The notes: generated by a model from the sequence alone, not told the origin. DNA of 64,000 bases from Dehalococcoidia bacterium (GCA_030372995.1 JAUCPZ010000335.1:12537-76536), one strand, 5' to 3'. Counted from the stretch's first letter, positions 35,835-45,128 are shown. Translations and numbers: made by a program.

Positions 35835-35868
35835 GAAACCGACCTTGGATGGTCGGTTTCGTGTTTTT
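35835..35868 (+). terminator. canonical intrinsic terminator (gaaaccgacc-ttggat-ggtcggtttc-gtgttttt)
   Basis: 10-bp stem plus a T-run, read directly, 208 nt after the preceding stop codon. Confidence 0.7.
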
Positions 35869-36088
35869 CAAATGGTGATCTGGTGGTTGGAAGCCCTCTC
35901 CTGGGGGTGGTGAGGGAGCCGGGAGAAAGCAGGCGGCTGGACAGTCAGTCTCGCACTGGGGGGTGTGAGTGACTCTGCGTCAGGAGTCGCTGAAGACTGG
36001 CTGACCAGCCACCGGCGCGTCAGGTCCCAGTGCGGTGAAAGTGCTTTGCGGCTGGGCATCGAATGACTGGCGCGGCTCTGACGGGATG

Positions 36089-36118
36089 TTGTGATTCCTG
36101 ATTCTACGCTGCTAGAAT
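36089..36118 (+). promoter_or_regulatory. promoter TTGTGA-N18-(TGc)TAGAAT
   Basis: Extended -10 read directly, about 43 nt upstream of the protease ATG. Confidence 0.5.
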
Positions 36119-36160
36119 TGTACGTTGGAGATAACGTTCTACTTATGGAGGGATGACAAC

Positions 36161-36934
36161 ATGAGCGCAGCGATAAGATTGGTGGTTGCCCTTTGCATGG
36201 CGTTGGTGCTGACCCTTGGTCTGGTGGCCAGTGCCCTGGCGGCACCTGAAGGAGATGGCTCTCAGCCACTCTTGAACAAGGTCGTTTTCGTGCACCAGGC
36301 TGACGAAGCCGCCGCGGGCGGGGCTTCACCAGCTAGACCGGCCAAGCCAGCGAAGGAGTGGTACAAGTACAGCGGGATACACTGGGACGATGATGCAATT
36401 CCGGTGTGCTACAAAATCGGTGGCACTGACAACCTCGACTTCTTGAACGGGATATTGGCGTCATTTCAGACGTGGGAAGATGATGACCTGTCTTACATCG
36501 CCTTCGAATGTGACAACGTATCCTGGCGTGCTGTACCGAGCAGCTTCGAAACCAACGGATATGCCAACGGGTACAACGAGGTCGGCTGGGCGTCGCTGAC
36601 CAGTTCCTACCCCAATGCCATCGCAGTCACCATGATATGGTATGGCAGGGACAAGCATATCGTCGAGGTCGACACCGCACTGAATTCCGACCTGCCTTGG
36701 ACCCAGAACCAAGTCGACGGTGATCCGGATGAGGCGACCGGCGCCCCAGGATATTTCGATGTACAGGACATCATGACCCACGAGGCCGGGCACTGGCTAA
36801 TGCTCTTGGACCTCTATCAGAAGGCCGCCAGTGAGCAGACCATGTACGGCTACGGATCGACGGGCGAAGTGAAGGCGCGGAGTCTGGAGAGCGGCGACAT
36901 TGCCGGGCTGCGCAAGATCTACCCTGGCGCTTAG
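36161..36934 (+). CDS. secreted zinc metalloprotease (HExxH, matrixin/M10-like)
   Basis: Signal peptide MSAAIRLVVALCMALVLTLGLVASALAAP. Active site THEAGHWLMLLDLY. SD ggaggg precedes ATG 36161. Confidence 0.8.
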   Translation: MSAAIRLVVALCMALVLTLGLVASALAAPEGDGSQPLLNKVVFVHQADEAAAGGASPARPAKPAKEWYKYSGIHWDDDAIPVCYKIGGTDNLDFLNGILASFQTWEDDDLSYIAFECDNVSWRAVPSSFETNGYANGYNEVGWASLTSSYPNAIAVTMIWYGRDKHIVEVDTALNSDLPWTQNQVDGDPDEATGAPGYFDVQDIMTHEAGHWLMLLDLYQKAASEQTMYGYGSTGEVKARSLESGDIAGLRKIYPGA

Positions 36935-36968
36935 AAGCCCTGATCTCGACTGACCGGTACACAGCGTG

Positions 36969-36989
36969 AGGGGCCCGCGGAGGGCCCCT
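36969..36989. terminator. 8-bp GC hairpin (aggggccc-gcgga-gggcccct) between convergent genes
   Basis: Read directly. Followed on the plus strand by the T-rich tcattcttcc. Confidence 0.5.
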
Positions 36990-37069
36990 TCATTCTTCCC
37001 GGAAGATGACGCGCGGCTGTGGCTCCTCGCCTATCTTGCTCTCTTGCCGCGACGGCGCAGACGTTTGTT

Positions 37070-37639
37070 TCAGAGAAGGTGTGTCAGCAAGATCCTGAGG
37101 CCGATGCCGATCAAGATGATCCCGCCGGCGACCTCCGCCCGCTCTCCCATGACGTGACTTGCTCTGCTGCCAGCCACGAACCCCGCCCCTGTGATGAGAA
37201 AGCAGACCACCCCGATAGTCAGGGCCGCCAGCGCAATGTTCACGGAAATGAAGGCAAAGCTCAGTCCGACGGCCAGCGCATCGATACTGGTGGCGAATGC
37301 CAATGTGAGCAAGGGCAGCCCCTTGGAGATATCTCTCTTTGGCATCTCGCCCTCTTTCGAGTGGAGCGACTCCCATATCATTCTTCCGCCGATGAAGAGA
37401 AGTAGACCAAACGCCACCCAGTGGTCGTAGTCTGATATCAGATCGACGAGGGTCCTTCCACCCAGCCACCCCAGCACAGGCATGAGTGCCTGGGCTGATC
37501 CAAAGGCCAGGCATACGCGTAGCATCTGAGGGAAGATGATGCGCTTGGCGGATATGCTGAACCCCAGTGCGACGGCGAAACAGTCGGCGGATAGGCCAAG
37601 GGCTATGAACAGGACGGAAACGGGGTCCAGCCTTTCCAT
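37070..37639 (-). CDS. mntP: manganese efflux pump MntP
   Basis: 189 aa. VLFIALGLSADCFAVALGFS and the duplicated DUF204 half (LLTLAFATSIDALAVGLSFA). Confidence 0.9.
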   Translation of the reverse strand: MERLDPVSVLFIALGLSADCFAVALGFSISAKRIIFPQMLRVCLAFGSAQALMPVLGWLGGRTLVDLISDYDHWVAFGLLLFIGGRMIWESLHSKEGEMPKRDISKGLPLLTLAFATSIDALAVGLSFAFISVNIALAALTIGVVCFLITGAGFVAGSRASHVMGERAEVAGGIILIGIGLRILLTHLL

Positions 37640-37775
37640 TAATCCAGTGTGTCACAATGAGGCGAGTATCTCAAACAGTGGACAAAGGTGCCTTGGCCAT
37701 ACCGCCGGCAGGCCAGTAGCGCCGTTCATCTGAGATTGTGAGGGGATGATATAATGTGCTCCCAAGACAGGAGAA

Positions 37776-39167
37776 TTGAGCCAGTCGCAGAGGGTTTCGG
37801 CTGTGGCCCTATATGAGTATTTCTGTCCCGTTTGCGGGAGCGGCTTCGAGTTGATCCGGCCGATTAGCGACGCGCCCGGGAGCGCCGCGTGCCCGCAGTG
37901 CGGTTCTGAAGCGCAGAGGATGATGTCAGGGGTTTCGATTGCAGCCCGTGCGGCTCGGGCTGCTACCGAGCCTTTTGAAGCGGGTGTGAAGACGAAGAAA
38001 CCCGCTGGCGGAGAGCGCGCCGAGAACGAGGCAAGCGCCGTGGGCGCTGGATCCGACCGCGAACGGATCAGCCGGGACAGCGGGGCATCGGAGGTCAACC
38101 GCGGCGCAGACTTGGCTGCCGGGTGCTCACCCGATGGCACCGCCGTGAGCGCTCGGATGTCTGAGGAAGAAGACCGGGCGTCTCTTCACGGGGCCGCTCT
38201 CTGGGAAGACACCGGCCTGCTTGAGGTGCCATGGCTCTCAGCGAACGAGCTAGGTGGCGGAAACCTGTGGCACTTGCGTGATTGGGGGATAGCGTCGGTG
38301 TTCGGGTATCTCAGAGAGACAGGTGCCGCCGGGTCTGCTGGAACGGAGCCCATACCGGCCGGGCTGGATATGAAAGCTCCAGAGCTTGCTGCCGGAGAAC
38401 CCCCTCTCGCGCAGGACGCGTCCGCGGCTGAGCCGACCTCAGTGGTGTGGCCCGAGGGAATCATGAGGGAGCCCCCCACTTTCTCAGAGTGGCGCACTGC
38501 CATCTCCATCATGCCTTGGCTGCAGGAGACCGGCGTGGAATCCTCTGAGGCAGAGAAGGAAGTCTATGACATGGCAGGCCGGCGAGTGGAGGAGATGCCG
38601 GGTCTGCGGCCGCACCGGGGTAAGCGAATCGCCCGGCTTGAGCGGGCTGGCCGGCTCGACCGACAACCGGGAGACGAGGAGATCACCTATTCGGTTAGGC
38701 GGGCTACGCGTCCCATCAAGCAGCCGAAAGAAGGAAGGGCTGACTTCCCTCTGCCAGTCATTGAGGCCGCGTGGCGCAGGCAGGGAGGGAGGTGCGCCGG
38801 ATGCGGCAGATGGTTGATCTGGTCGCGCCGGAACAGGGAAGGCGCCGTCGGTGCGTGGGAGTCCCACCACAGGGTGCCGATCGAGCATGGAGGGAGCTCT
38901 GTGCTGTCGAATTGCGTCCTTCTCTGCTCAGGCGTGGCGGATTGTCATTTCAGGCGGGGGCACGGGGGAGTCGCGTGGACCCACTATGCTCCGCTCGAGG
39001 ATTCCTCGCTCCTATTCCTCTTCGCCGGTACACCGTCGGCAGCACCTCGCGTCGCCGGAGTCCCCCAGAGGAGAAACCTGCTGAGAGACGTTCTGGGGAT
39101 TCCTCAGTCACGAAGTCGCCCGCCAGAATCGGCCAAGGAGCAGGGCGCCCCCGATTCTACCGGGTGA
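37776..39167 (+). CDS. FmdB-type zinc ribbon, shared unassigned module and HNH endonuclease fusion protein
   Basis: ALYEYFCPVCG..CPQCGS ribbon. PWLSANELGGGNLWHLRDWGIASVFGYLRE matches the 34854 protein. HNH: CAGCGRWL..WESHHRVPIEHGGSSVLSNCVLLCSGVADCH. The start may be GTG 37803. TGATATAAT lies at 37747-37755. Confidence 0.8.
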   Translation: MSQSQRVSAVALYEYFCPVCGSGFELIRPISDAPGSAACPQCGSEAQRMMSGVSIAARAARAATEPFEAGVKTKKPAGGERAENEASAVGAGSDRERISRDSGASEVNRGADLAAGCSPDGTAVSARMSEEEDRASLHGAALWEDTGLLEVPWLSANELGGGNLWHLRDWGIASVFGYLRETGAAGSAGTEPIPAGLDMKAPELAAGEPPLAQDASAAEPTSVVWPEGIMREPPTFSEWRTAISIMPWLQETGVESSEAEKEVYDMAGRRVEEMPGLRPHRGKRIARLERAGRLDRQPGDEEITYSVRRATRPIKQPKEGRADFPLPVIEAAWRRQGGRCAGCGRWLIWSRRNREGAVGAWESHHRVPIEHGGSSVLSNCVLLCSGVADCHFRRGHGGVAWTHYAPLEDSSLLFLFAGTPSAAPRVAGVPQRRNLLRDVLGIPQSRSRPPESAKEQGAPDSTG

Positions 39168-40641
39168 TGTTCTTGATGGCTCTCGCAGCGCGCTCGATGC
39201 TGGGGAGCACAGGCACAGCCGCTGCTTTGAAAGAGTCCTCGATTTCGCGACGGCGGACCTCTGCCGGCCCGGGGGGCAGGACCAGCACCAGCGGCTTGGC
39301 ACCACTGCGGCCGTAATCCAGAAGTACCCTGTTGACGGCCTCGGTCACTTCTCTGGGATATATGTCCAGCAGGACCCCGGCGTTCTCATACACCAGCATG
39401 ATGTCGATCTGGGGCTCCTGCGCCACCAGGTCAAAAGCCTGTCTCACAGCGGCTGCGATGGCCTGCCGTTGACTCATGTCTACTGGATTAGTCAGCACGC
39501 TACCCACCTGCCCGATCGACTCTACCAGAGCTTTGGCGGTCTCTTGTCGCAGGGGTGGCACCAAGACCCCAGCCGCGGCGCAAACGTCGGAGATCAACAC
39601 CGCCTCCCCGCCGCCCCCGTCCGTCAGCCCGCAGATAGCGCCCAGGTTGCCGCGGCTGAGTCTGCCGAAGCGGTCCAGCAGCAGCAACGTATCACACATC
39701 TCGTCCAGGCTGTGCACCTCGATGGCTCCGGCCTGGCGCAGAGCGCCGGACCACACCGCCGGAGATGACGCCATCGCTCCAGTGTGGAAGAATATGGCTT
39801 TGTCGCCAGCTGGGCTGTTGCCCCCCTTCCACACCACCACAGGCTTGCGCCGCGTGGCAGCGCGCAGCACTTCAAGTAAACGCCTCGTATCGTGCGGCCC
39901 CTCGAGGTAAAGGGCGATGGCCTTGATCTCGTCGTCCTGGGTCAGATACGCGAGGAAATCGGCGACTCCCAAATCTGAGGCGTTGCCGATGCTTACTCCC
40001 TTGCCGAATCCCAAGCCATGGACCATGCCGTATTCCAGGATCTTGCCCATGATCCCGCCGCTCTGGACGATCAGCCCCACCGATCCCAAGGGCGGCCGGA
40101 CGCTGAACGGCCCGTAGGTTATGCCGTACCGCGGGTTGTAGATGCCGAAGCAATTGGGACCGATGATGCGGAAGCCGCCCTCCCGCGCCGCCCGCACCAT
40201 GTCCCGCTCTGCCTCGACCCAAACGGCATCGCCCGATTCCGAGAACCCGGCGGTGTAAAACTGGATGCACTTGACCTTCTTGGTGGCACACTCCCGCAGC
40301 AGGTCAGGCACGGACTCCCGAGGAATGCACGAAATCACCAGGTCCACCGGGCCAGGAATAGCGGTCAGGCTGGTCCATACCCTGTGACCCTGGAACTGGC
40401 CTCCATTCCTGTTCACTGCATACACACTGCCCCGGAAACCGCTGGAGAGTAGGGTCTTGAACCACAAGGCAGGCACCCGGGTCTCGTCACTTGAGACCCC
40501 AACGACGGCAATCGCTCTGGGGTGGAAGATGGACTCGAGTTCCGCAATGCTCGCCGGTCGCGCGCTACGCATCGTCCGTCGCTCCGCTGGCCGGCAACTC
40601 GTGATCAGGGAAAGCTCTGAAGCAAGCTCCGGCGGGGGCAA
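39157..40641 (-). CDS. NDP-forming acyl-CoA synthetase alpha-type protein, paralog of 26742..28190
   Basis: AIAVVGVSSD.., VYAVNRNGG, IIGPNCFGIYNP, IVQSGG, HTGAMAS. Start uncertain; an alternative ATG lies at 40572. Confidence 0.85.
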   Translation of the reverse strand: MPPPELASELSLITSCRPAERRTMRSARPASIAELESIFHPRAIAVVGVSSDETRVPALWFKTLLSSGFRGSVYAVNRNGGQFQGHRVWTSLTAIPGPVDLVISCIPRESVPDLLRECATKKVKCIQFYTAGFSESGDAVWVEAERDMVRAAREGGFRIIGPNCFGIYNPRYGITYGPFSVRPPLGSVGLIVQSGGIMGKILEYGMVHGLGFGKGVSIGNASDLGVADFLAYLTQDDEIKAIALYLEGPHDTRRLLEVLRAATRRKPVVVWKGGNSPAGDKAIFFHTGAMASSPAVWSGALRQAGAIEVHSLDEMCDTLLLLDRFGRLSRGNLGAICGLTDGGGGEAVLISDVCAAAGVLVPPLRQETAKALVESIGQVGSVLTNPVDMSQRQAIAAAVRQAFDLVAQEPQIDIMLVYENAGVLLDIYPREVTEAVNRVLLDYGRSGAKPLVLVLPPGPAEVRRREIEDSFKAAAVPVLPSIERAARAIKNITR

Positions 40642-40665
40642 CTACCTTAAGGGGCGAGGCTGTCA

Positions 40666-41769
40666 TCAGGATGGTCTTTGGGCCAGGGTGGCCTCGGTGG
40701 TCGCCGGCGGGCTGTCGCCGCGGATGTACGTGATTATGACCTTGTCCCCCGGCATACGTCCGCGGATAGCCGCCCGAAGTTGACTCGCGTCCCTTATCTC
40801 GACATCACCAAACTTCACGATGATGTCGTCAGGCTCCAACCCGGCCTTCTCGGCTGGCGTGTCTGAAAGCACTTCCACGATGAGGGCGCCGTAGTCTACA
40901 GCCAGGTCGTACTGCTCCTTGATGGCCGGCGTGACCGTGAGCATCTTCACGCCCAGCCAGGCCCAGGACACGAATCCCTTCTTGACCAACGAGTTGATGA
41001 CGGGAATCGCTGTGTCCGTGCTTATCGCGAAACCGATGTTCTCATAGTCAGCCGCGATCGCTGTGTTTATGCCGACCACCTGGCCCGCCATGTTCACCAG
41101 CGGACCACCGCTGTTTCCGGGGTTGATGGCGGCGTCGGTCTGAATAAGGTCATCCAAGACTCCGCCCCCCGATACTTCGATAGAGCGTCCGAGAGAACTC
41201 ACCACTCCCTTTGTCCACGTGGGTCCTCCTGGGAGCGCCAGCGCATTGCCCACAGCCACAACTTCTTCCAGCAACTGCAGAGCGGTCAATGAGTTGCTGA
41301 GGAAGTGGGAGTAGGGGAGTTCGCTGTCAGGTTCGATCTCCACCACGGCCAAGTCCGTTTGCTCATCCCTGACCCAGGCTTTCGCATCATATGCGCGCCC
41401 GTCGTGCAAGACTATGGTCAGGGTATCCGCGTCCTCCACGACATGGGAATTGGTGACGATATAGCCTTGGGGATCTATGATGACTCCGCTTCCCGCCCCC
41501 CTCTCAGGGACTGCCCGGAAAAAGCGGTCATAGGTGATCTGTTCACTGATAATCGAGACTACGGTGGGAGCAAGTTGCTCTACCAGAACGTCGGTGGTCA
41601 GGGGGGTAGATGGCTCGTTCTGCACGTACTTGGGATCCCAGTCGGGGTTGGGAGACCAGTCAGAGGCTTTGGTCTTGTCGCTGTTGTTGAAGTAAGCGCA
41701 TCCCACAACCGAGAGAGCCAAGGTGATCACGAGCAAAAGTACAATCGCGGGACGCTGATGTTTACGCAC
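40666..41769 (-). CDS. HtrA/DegP-family serine protease with PDZ domain
   Basis: N-terminal TM. Catalytic H/D/S context (TNSHVV, DLAVV, NPGNSGGPLVN). C-terminal PDZ (PAEKAGLEPDDIIVKFGDVEI). Confidence 0.92.
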   Translation of the reverse strand: MRKHQRPAIVLLLVITLALSVVGCAYFNNSDKTKASDWSPNPDWDPKYVQNEPSTPLTTDVLVEQLAPTVVSIISEQITYDRFFRAVPERGAGSGVIIDPQGYIVTNSHVVEDADTLTIVLHDGRAYDAKAWVRDEQTDLAVVEIEPDSELPYSHFLSNSLTALQLLEEVVAVGNALALPGGPTWTKGVVSSLGRSIEVSGGGVLDDLIQTDAAINPGNSGGPLVNMAGQVVGINTAIAADYENIGFAISTDTAIPVINSLVKKGFVSWAWLGVKMLTVTPAIKEQYDLAVDYGALIVEVLSDTPAEKAGLEPDDIIVKFGDVEIRDASQLRAAIRGRMPGDKVIITYIRGDSPPATTEATLAQRPS

Positions 41770-41848
41770 AGGCTGTTCTCCAAGTGAGATTATAGCACCT
41801 TTCGATCTGGCGGGATGTTGCGCTCCAAAGAAGGTGCTGATGGGTGGC

Positions 41849-43540
41849 TTAGGGTCTGCAGAGACTCCAGATTATGCGGGGCATGTTTCGGATGAAGGAC
41901 TTGGCCGGCCACTGCAGTTCCTTCTTGAGGCATGTCGCTGCCAGAGCCAGTTCCTGTTCATCCGGGACTAGCACAGCGTCCCCACGGGTCGCGATGCGGC
42001 GGTCGAGAGCCGCGATCAGCTCCATGTCTTTCCTAATCCTGGCCTCGACCTGGCTGGCCTCATCCGGCCTGATCACCCCGAACCGCGCTTTGGCCTGGTT
42101 GAATCCGATGGCTGCCTCATAGGTGGCATCGACGATATCCTGGCGGCTCATCCACTGGGTCTCGTAGCTCAACATGTGGCTCCACGCGGGGGAAACGAGC
42201 GCCTGCCGATGCTGCTCTAGCGTGCGGTAGAAAAGACGGTAGCCGAACTCCTCCGGCCGGTCGAAGACCTGGCTGCCCGGGTCGATGAATGGCGCCAGCG
42301 GAGAGATGTGAGGATGGACCACCTTGCCTTTGCCGTATTCTCTCAGGAGGCCCGACATGTATTCGACCGTGCCCGTCACCGACCTGCGGTCCTGTTTCGG
42401 CAGACCGATCATGTAGAATAGATCGAACCTCCGGCAGTTATTGGCGACAGCGGCCCTGATGGTCTCCTCCACATCGACATTGCGCCAGCCCTTGCCGAAG
42501 GCGCGCCGCACTTCTTCGTCATGTGACTCCGTGGACATCTGGATGTTGTAGTGGGGAATGACTCGGCTGACCTTCTTGAAGAAATCTTCCCCTGCAGGGG
42601 AGAACAACTCCAGGACAACCGGCCCGTTGACCCCCCGCCGGCTCATGGCGTGAAGAAGCTCGTCATCATAGCCGTTTCCAGGCTGCCGGATGTCTCCTAT
42701 GATGAAAACCGGGCCTCTCAGATAGCGCTGTATGCTGTGAATGTCATCGGCGAGCAACTGCGGACTGCGGCAGGCCAACTCATCGCGGCCGCACATGTTC
42801 TTGAAAGCGTAGCGCGATCCGCCGCATGAGTGACAGTTGAGTGTGCAACCGCGGCAGGTGAAGACGGCCGTGATCGGGTAGTCCAGCCAGTTGTTGAAGG
42901 GCAACATACCTGAGAGGGACCGGTAACGGATCACGGACCTGACCGCATAGCCGTAGTCCAGGGGAATGCTGTTGAGGTCCGAGAGCACCCAGGAGAGTGC
43001 GTTATGATGAGGTGTGCCGCTCCTATCCTTCCAGCTAACGTTCGGAATGTCATCGAAGGGACCATTTGACTTGATCCGCCGCATGAGCCGCAGCATCGGC
43101 TCTTCGGTAGAGTCTCCTCTCACCACGAAATCCACCTGCGGATACCCGATCAACTCCTCGTAGAAAAAGGTGGAGGACAACCCGCCGAAGATGACGGGAA
43201 TGGACGGGTGAAGCCTCTTCACTACCTTGGCCAGCTCCAGGCTGCCCTGGGCATGCGGAAGCCAATGAAGATCGATGCCAAACGCCACGGGGTGTAGTCT
43301 GCTGAGGAACCTCTCAACGTCGAAGCCGGACTCGGTCAGCATCCGGTTGGCGATGTTTACAATCCTGGTGCGGATGCCCGACTTCTCCAGATAGCCGGCG
43401 ATGCTGGTGAACCCGATCGGGTACATCTCGAATATCGGTGTGGAAGGGATGACGTCGCTTATCGGACCGTAGACAATCGACCGCTGGCGGAAGTCGTAGT
43501 TGCTGGGGGCATGCAGGAGTATGAGCTCAGGTTTGCTCAC
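41849..43540 (-). CDS. B12-binding-domain radical SAM protein
   Basis: 563 aa. N-terminal Rossmann-like cobalamin-binding-type region, and CTLNCHSC (CxxxCxxC) within TCRGCTLNCHSCGG. GTG start after SD ggaagga. Confidence 0.88.
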   Translation of the reverse strand: MSKPELILLHAPSNYDFRQRSIVYGPISDVIPSTPIFEMYPIGFTSIAGYLEKSGIRTRIVNIANRMLTESGFDVERFLSRLHPVAFGIDLHWLPHAQGSLELAKVVKRLHPSIPVIFGGLSSTFFYEELIGYPQVDFVVRGDSTEEPMLRLMRRIKSNGPFDDIPNVSWKDRSGTPHHNALSWVLSDLNSIPLDYGYAVRSVIRYRSLSGMLPFNNWLDYPITAVFTCRGCTLNCHSCGGSRYAFKNMCGRDELACRSPQLLADDIHSIQRYLRGPVFIIGDIRQPGNGYDDELLHAMSRRGVNGPVVLELFSPAGEDFFKKVSRVIPHYNIQMSTESHDEEVRRAFGKGWRNVDVEETIRAAVANNCRRFDLFYMIGLPKQDRRSVTGTVEYMSGLLREYGKGKVVHPHISPLAPFIDPGSQVFDRPEEFGYRLFYRTLEQHRQALVSPAWSHMLSYETQWMSRQDIVDATYEAAIGFNQAKARFGVIRPDEASQVEARIRKDMELIAALDRRIATRGDAVLVPDEQELALAATCLKKELQWPAKSFIRNMPRIIWSLCRP

Positions 43541-43837
43541 TGGGGGGATCCTTCCCGGTGTAGATGGAGCACGAGATTCATGTTCGGCGGCAGGCCAACA
43601 GACGATTCACAACTGGCTAGGCAAGACCTCTCCACTTGGTTCGGCGCGGGTAATCTATGTATATCACGAAGAGCATCGGCGAGGCAAACCCGCTGGCATT
43701 TCTGCGGTGAGACAAGGGCCGTCAATAGCGCTATGTGAGGTTTGCCCGAAGTGAGCAGTTGTGGTATAAGGCCTACAGAGCGCCAGCGCCACGCTGATGC
43801 GCGGGGAGTAGACACTGGCTGAGAAGGACAGGGGCGG

Positions 43838-44605
43838 ATGGAGATACGGATCCTTGGGGCTCATGTCACGGAGGCGGCTGATGCCAGACCGACGTCGCTG
43901 GTTATCGACGACATCTTGGCACTCGACGCTGGCAGCCTATGCTCGGGGCTTTCCATACGGAGCCAGCGTAACCTCAAAGCCGTCTTGATAACTCACTACC
44001 ATTACGACCATGTGAAAGACCTGCCCATGATAGGCATGAACTTCGCCTCCTACGGGTGCCTTGATGTCTACGGCATAGAGTCGGTGCTCGAGGCGCTCTC
44101 GACGCACCTGCTGGATGGCAAGCTCTATCCTGACTTCCGGCAATGGCCGGACTCCCAGCCGTCGCTGAAGTTCATCAAGCTCGACGAATACGAGCGCATT
44201 ACCATCTCAGGCTACAGTGTCATGCCCGTCCCGGTGCCGCACGGCGTGCCGACGGTTGGGTTTCACGTCACTTCGCCGCTGGGGAAGAGCGTGTTCTTCA
44301 CTGGTGATACGGCCGGGGGTCTGGAAGGTTGCTGGGAGCACATATTCCCGGATTTGCTTATCACCGAGATGAGCTGGCCACAGAGCATGGAGGCCTGGGC
44401 AAAGAAGACCACTCACCTCTCCCCCCAAGTCCTGAAGGCGGATCTCCTGGAGTTCCGCCGATTGAAGGGCTACCTGCCTCGAACAGTGCTCATTCACCTC
44501 GATCCGGCGCGCGAATCAGAGGTGGCCGCCGAAGTGGCTGAGATCGCCCGGGAGTTGGATGCGAGCATTGTCTTGGGCCGCGAGGGGATGCTAGTCTCCG
44601 TGTAG
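43838..44605 (+). CDS. MBL-fold metallo-hydrolase (class II cyclic-nucleotide phosphodiesterase-like)
   Basis: ITHYHYDHVKDLP (HxHxDH) and an N-terminal ILG...DD.LALDAG pattern. Subfamily call is tentative. Confidence 0.7.
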   Translation: MEIRILGAHVTEAADARPTSLVIDDILALDAGSLCSGLSIRSQRNLKAVLITHYHYDHVKDLPMIGMNFASYGCLDVYGIESVLEALSTHLLDGKLYPDFRQWPDSQPSLKFIKLDEYERITISGYSVMPVPVPHGVPTVGFHVTSPLGKSVFFTGDTAGGLEGCWEHIFPDLLITEMSWPQSMEAWAKKTTHLSPQVLKADLLEFRRLKGYLPRTVLIHLDPARESEVAAEVAEIARELDASIVLGREGMLVSV

Positions 44606-44612
44606 GCGCGCC

Positions 44613-45128
44613 ATGGACATCGCTTTCATCGTCGACAGCAATGCCGGCAAGCTGGCCCGCTGGTTGAGGATGATGGGGTACGATACCCTGTTCTTCAATG
44701 ACATTGAGGATGGCCGCCTGGTCGACATGGCCATGAAGGAAGGGAGGGTGGTCGTGACCAGAGACACCCAGATCGCCAAGCGGCGGGTGGCGGCCAACGG
44801 GAGCCTCAGGGTCATCGTGAGCCGTGAGGATGATCCGAAGCAACAACTGATGCAAGTGATGAGAGAACTCAATCTGGATTGCCGGGAAACCCAGTTCACC
44901 CGTTGCCTGGAATGTAATCAGCGGCTCATTCCTAGGGAGAAGGACGAAGTAAGGGACCTGGTGCCTCCCTATGTCTTCCGCACGCAGAAACAGTACATGC
45001 AGTGCCCTTCTTGCAGCCGCGTCTACTGGCAGGGAACCCACTGGCAGCGGATGAAGAAGGCGCTCGATGACATTGCCGCGGCCTCATCCGAGCGTAATCA
45101 GGGCGAGAAGGCCTCCCCTGCCATCTGA
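44613..45128 (+). CDS. Mut7-C (PIN-like) RNase domain protein with C-terminal zinc ribbon
   Basis: FIVDSNAGKLARWLRMMGYD..VVVTRD.., RCLECN..CPSCSRVYWQGTHW. Confidence 0.85.
   Translation: MDIAFIVDSNAGKLARWLRMMGYDTLFFNDIEDGRLVDMAMKEGRVVVTRDTQIAKRRVAANGSLRVIVSREDDPKQQLMQVMRELNLDCRETQFTRCLECNQRLIPREKDEVRDLVPPYVFRTQKQYMQCPSCSRVYWQGTHWQRMKKALDDIAAASSERNQGEKASPAI

Noticed and set aside
36990-37655. 221-aa minus-strand ORF overlapping mntP in another frame
   Set aside because: The 37070..37639 frame gives the canonical MntP/DUF204 sequence. The alternative frame is Arg/Gly-rich with no TM pattern.
37640-37775. Possible yybP-ykoY (Mn2+) riboswitch in front of mntP
   Set aside because: The GGGGAGUAG and UUGACA..AGAC signature elements are not present in the correct order on the mntP strand. 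Only weak look-alikes (ccagtagcgcc, ggcgagtatc) occur, and they are on the opposite strand. An Infernal scan with RF00080 would settle it.
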